A program made the translations under genes and the position numbers. A stretch of 64,000 bases of DNA from a virus. Shown here in pieces: positions 60,519 to 64,000 of the stretch. The stretch spans positions 1-64,000 of the IMG/VR virus record IMGVR_UViG_3300029441_000005. One strand, written 5' to 3'. The notes under the pieces were generated by a model. That model saw nothing but the letters and a program-made list of their open reading frames with translations, ran no database searches and was not told the DNA's origin. Positions within the stretch are counted from its first letter, which is position 1. Every line of letters starts with the position of its first letter.

Positions 60519-60971
60519 TTATTTTGCAAGGATTCGTACCAGTTCGCCCACCCCTGCCGTGTTGATGGCCAGGAAAGGAGTCTCGGCATTCGAAGCCGAC
60601 GGACTGTAGTTAGGATATGTACCACTGTCATCCAGTGTACCGTCTGTCTGAACATAGCCAGTAGTAGCTATGGTGGCTTTTGCGATACCGTGAATAACGG
60701 TGTAACCCTGGACCATAACCGTTACCTCTACGCCAGCTGCCGAAGGTGGATAGGCGGGGTACTGACTGTAACCGATAGCGATACCTATATACATTTCGCC
60801 CTCTGCTCCGGTATATGGAGAGATTGAACCATCGGTGTTCAGTTTTACAGGCTGACCCTGAACGATGATATCGTTTTTCTTTACCGGGAATACCTGATGA
60901 AGCTTGTGCGATTCACTTTTGTAAATCACAGCCTGCGGGGTTCGGGAACCCACTTTGTGTAAGTCTGCCAT
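60519..60971 (-). CDS. head decoration / DUF2190-like protein
   Basis: 150 aa, between the scaffold and capsid genes, with a GQPVKLNTDG...GIAIG pattern. Confidence 0.45.
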   Translation of the reverse strand: MADLHKVGSRTPQAVIYKSESHKLHQVFPVKKNDIIVQGQPVKLNTDGSISPYTGAEGEMYIGIAIGYSQYPAYPPSAAGVEVTVMVQGYTVIHGIAKATIATTGYVQTDGTLDDSGTYPNYSPSASNAETPFLAINTAGVGELVRILAK

Positions 60972-61003
60972 AATTTAATTTGAAATTTAAGTTACTTTCT
61001 CTG

Positions 61004-62530
61004 TTATTTCTTTTCTCCTCGAAGTTTCCGGTCGGCCAAAGCCTGGGCAACTGCCTGAGTGGATTTGTCTCCGTTCTTCGTTTCATCTTCTCCCCCCGGA
61101 TTGATAGAAGATGCCCGGCCCACGTCCTGAGAACCGCAATGGTTGCAGTGCATCGGGAATTTGTCCTCCAGCTGTGCATCGTAGGTCTTACGCAGAGCAC
61201 TGAGTGTCTCCATGGTAGTTCCTTCGTTCTCCAGGAGTGCCAGGATATTCTGGTCTACGTTCTCCTCGCCGGAAACTTTCTTGTAGGCAGCCACCGTCTC
61301 CTCACGGAAGGATTTGATATGACCATCCCAGTTTTTCTTTGCTTCCTTGTAAGACTCTACATCCTTCTCGAGATTTGCTTTCTCTTCTTTAAGAGTCTGA
61401 ATCTCGGTGTCTTTGGAAGCCACGGCCTCTGTGAGGCTCTGATTCTGCTGTACCAGGTTTTTAATCTGGGTGATAGCCAGCTCTGCCGAAACTTCCTGAC
61501 CTTCAGAAAGGGTCAAAAGATTTTCACCAAAGAGGCTCGCCAGCACTTGCTGCAATTCTTTGTCCATGTTTGTTTTATTTGTTTGGTTATTGTGGTTACC
61601 CTTTCCGGCACCCTTTTCATTATTAGATTGGGTGGTATTGTACTTTATATCTTTTTCAGAAAGAACCTTGAAGTCGAACATAGATACCCTCTTTGCTGGG
61701 TCATTTGCTTCGGCAGCTTTTTCTTCAGAGAAAGAATAATACTGACTTCCTGCATAAGCAGGACTGTTTAACTTACCGCTTTTGATAAGCTGGGCGAACG
61801 GGTCTGCCCCATGCCATACCAGAGATGTCTCTTTATAAGAAATAATCTTGGTAACAACCCTACGAATCAACTCTCCATTCTCGTTATAGGTACCAAGTTT
61901 AGAATAGAACTCCCATATATCTTCAAATACATGAGAGGGTTCCCATGCAAACTCTACAGTTACAGAGTTAGAATGTATGGACGGAGGGTCCATTTGAATA
62001 CCACGGGCTATACGAGGATTTGAAAGCCCGTCTATCTTCATGATACCGTTGATACCAGCAGGGATAATTATCCCGGTCTTTTCATCCTGATAAGCTTCTT
62101 GCCACTCTACAGACTTAACTGCCCCAATGGCATTAGCCACATCCGTTTCATGGTCTAGGTTAACTGATTGACCTACCAACAATGGCATTGATTCCTTCAG
62201 TACTGCTTCGGGAAACTCAGTAGGATTATACTTCTTTGCCACTATTGCGGCAGAAAGCATTCGGAACATTGGCTCTATAAAGTCACTGTCCTTTGGCTTT
62301 AACATTTCTGGAGTTACTTCTGGCATGAACTGGTTGACATTCAAAGTGCCTCCCCACATACCAAACCTTTCCAGGGACTTCTTAGGGTCTTCACTGAAGT
62401 TGCCAGTGCCCTTATAGAAGTTTTCAGAGAGAGAGTGAGCATCTATAACTATTTCTGGCACATCTGATACCATCAAGCTATGAGCTGCACTTAACACCAT
62501 TACATCGGTGTTCTGCTGAGTCATTGGCAT
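61004..62530 (-). CDS. prohead protease - scaffold fusion
   Basis: The N-terminal half has LLVGQSVNLDHETDVANAIGAVKSVEW..., like HK97-type prohead proteases. The C-terminal half is a coiled coil (EIQTLKEEKANLEKDVESYKEAKK). Confidence 0.55.
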   Translation of the reverse strand: MPMTQQNTDVMVLSAAHSLMVSDVPEIVIDAHSLSENFYKGTGNFSEDPKKSLERFGMWGGTLNVNQFMPEVTPEMLKPKDSDFIEPMFRMLSAAIVAKKYNPTEFPEAVLKESMPLLVGQSVNLDHETDVANAIGAVKSVEWQEAYQDEKTGIIIPAGINGIMKIDGLSNPRIARGIQMDPPSIHSNSVTVEFAWEPSHVFEDIWEFYSKLGTYNENGELIRRVVTKIISYKETSLVWHGADPFAQLIKSGKLNSPAYAGSQYYSFSEEKAAEANDPAKRVSMFDFKVLSEKDIKYNTTQSNNEKGAGKGNHNNQTNKTNMDKELQQVLASLFGENLLTLSEGQEVSAELAITQIKNLVQQNQSLTEAVASKDTEIQTLKEEKANLEKDVESYKEAKKNWDGHIKSFREETVAAYKKVSGEENVDQNILALLENEGTTMETLSALRKTYDAQLEDKFPMHCNHCGSQDVGRASSINPGGEDETKNGDKSTQAVAQALADRKLRGEKK

Positions 62531-62533
62531 AAT

Positions 62534-64000
62534 TTATCTTGGTTTACTGTCTTGGTCTTTCCTTTTGGGATTAGGATTTGCTTTATCACGGGTTCTACGG
62601 TCTGACTTATCTTTATCGTCTTCTCGTTTCTTTTTCTTCTGACCGGTATCTGAATCACCCGTACCATCTGAATCATCAGATTCTACAGGAGTTCTTGGTT
62701 CTGGTTGGTCTGGGGTTTCATAGCCCATATCCCGTGCAAACTGGTCCTGACTTATTATACCCTGATTGTACAAGGTTACATTTACCCGAGCACGGTATTC
62801 ACGAGCTTGTTGTAACTTGATATCGTCTGAAACAGTTGAAGTTCCAAACTTGATAGTGATTCCCTTGTTGTTAAACCCAGCCAGGCGCAGTTCTAGAGAA
62901 TAAAAGAACTCCAGTACAAAGATTACCAACGTTTGGATATTCTTTAACTGGGATATCATCTTAGACAGCTGTATACCAGCTCCACCTTCAGTACCACTCT
63001 GTGATGCAGATACTCCGATAATAGAACCATTTACTCCCAAGCCGTTTGCCACAGATTGTTGATTCATATTCCAGGGAAGGTTTATATTCTGCATGGAAGC
63101 TGAAGTAGACCTTAGTTCGAATTCGTGGTCATCAATGTAACCAACCACTACTCCATCAGACATACCTCCAACAATATTGGTCTTCATCTTCCTTAGAGTA
63201 CTTTCCAAACGAGCAGCATAGGCTTTTTCACTCTCTCCAGCAGTACGTGGAGGTTTAGCCATCTTAGCTTCAAGGAAACCAACCATACCCATTACCTCCA
63301 TGATATGTTTGAAATTCTTTCTCATGGTATGCTGACCAGCTATAGAATCCAAAGCAGACATAAATGGAGGTACCCCGTAGGGTTCATCGGTATCATTGTA
63401 CATACCTACATAACAATAGGTCTCTGTATTCAATCGTATGAATGAATCTTTGAGACCATCTACCAAACGTGGGTTTCTTTGATATGGGTGATATACTCCA
63501 TTGTTCTCTCTCTTAAACCTTATAGTTTCTGGTTTTATGAAGAGTATGGTTTCCAGTCCTGTTAACTTCTTGTTTGGTACTCCTTCTACTGATATAGCAC
63601 CACCAACGAGAAGCTGAACTATGAATTTATTCACTAACCCGTCAATACCAGCCGTATACTTAGACCACTTTTTTGATACATCCCTCAAGTGCTCCCTCAT
63701 CTTGGTAGACTCTTCTGGAGTATTGTTTGGGAAGTCGATAGTATGACCTGTATTCGACAGCTTGAACATGTCCTGCAATGCAATGCTGACGTCCGGGTTT
63801 ATCTTGTACAGGTCCCGAATGATAGGTATTAGTTCTGTTCTGAACGTTGGGGTAACTAAGTTCGTCATACCATTAAGAGTGGTAATGAGTTCAGAGTTCC
63901 CCACACCATCATCTGGTTGAGAAACTCTGCCCGGACTTATTGAACCCTTTCCCTCATCTTTGTTCTGAGATTCCACAGGCTTAGACCTGGTGAACCAACT
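62534..64000 (-). CDS. portal protein (start not resolved)
   Basis: At least 480 aa, directly upstream of the protease/scaffold gene. The first in-window start candidate is GTG 63976, but the frame stays open to the window edge. Confidence 0.65.
   Translation of the reverse strand, partial: SWFTRSKPVESQNKDEGKGSISPGRVSQPDDGVGNSELITTLNGMTNLVTPTFRTELIPIIRDLYKINPDVSIALQDMFKLSNTGHTIDFPNNTPEESTKMREHLRDVSKKWSKYTAGIDGLVNKFIVQLLVGGAISVEGVPNKKLTGLETILFIKPETIRFKRENNGVYHPYQRNPRLVDGLKDSFIRLNTETYCYVGMYNDTDEPYGVPPFMSALDSIAGQHTMRKNFKHIMEVMGMVGFLEAKMAKPPRTAGESEKAYAARLESTLRKMKTNIVGGMSDGVVVGYIDDHEFELRSTSASMQNINLPWNMNQQSVANGLGVNGSIIGVSASQSGTEGGAGIQLSKMISQLKNIQTLVIFVLEFFYSLELRLAGFNNKGITIKFGTSTVSDDIKLQQAREYRARVNVTLYNQGIISQDQFARDMGYETPDQPEPRTPVESDDSDGTGDSDTGQKKKKREDDKDKSDRRTRDKANPNPKRKDQDSKPR

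Noticed and set aside
60980-61771. 263-aa plus-strand ORF
   Set aside because: It is antisense to the protease/scaffold gene, and its low-complexity Leu/Phe/Cys composition is typical of a shadow frame.

Overview
This window looks like one contiguous piece of a tailed dsDNA phage genome with a contractile (myovirus-type) tail. About 90 tightly packed genes lie on the minus strand and one lies on the plus strand. No integrase, lysogeny module or CRISPR array was seen. Repeated TTTG-N19-22-TAnnTTTG promoter boxes match the Bacteroidota housekeeping-promoter consensus, so the host is probably in that phylum (inference). Three blocks can be read. (1) 1-13.1 kb holds small early genes of unknown function, organised into short operons by 7 near-identical promoters and several hairpin terminators. 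This block includes four visibly GC-richer genes for Lys/Glu/Asp low-complexity proteins. (2) 13.1-36.5 kb holds transcription factors (a NusG-like protein and a sigma region-4-like HTH protein), a T4-style recombination/replication set, 3 tRNAs and a pyrimidine-nucleotide module. The recombination/replication set comprises an Hjc-like resolvase, Rad50/Mre11, FEN, RecA/UvsX, a gp32-like SSB, GroES, a UvsY-like protein, family A DNA polymerase with an adjacent HNH endonuclease, an SF2 helicase, a primase and a DnaB-like helicase. (3) 37.4-64 kb holds late genes: portal, protease/scaffold, HK97-like capsid, connector, sheath, tube, frameshifting chaperone, tape measure, baseplate V/W/J/I, endolysin and fiber. 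The best leads are a nucleotide module with three ThyA/dCMP-hydroxymethylase-superfamily genes, which predicts modified cytosine DNA; a palindrome-rich origin-like region fed by a plus-strand promoter; a phage-encoded NusG/sigma transcription kit; and two -1 frameshift sites, one classical and one unexpected. All calls come from reading the sequence and from motif memory; no searches were run.
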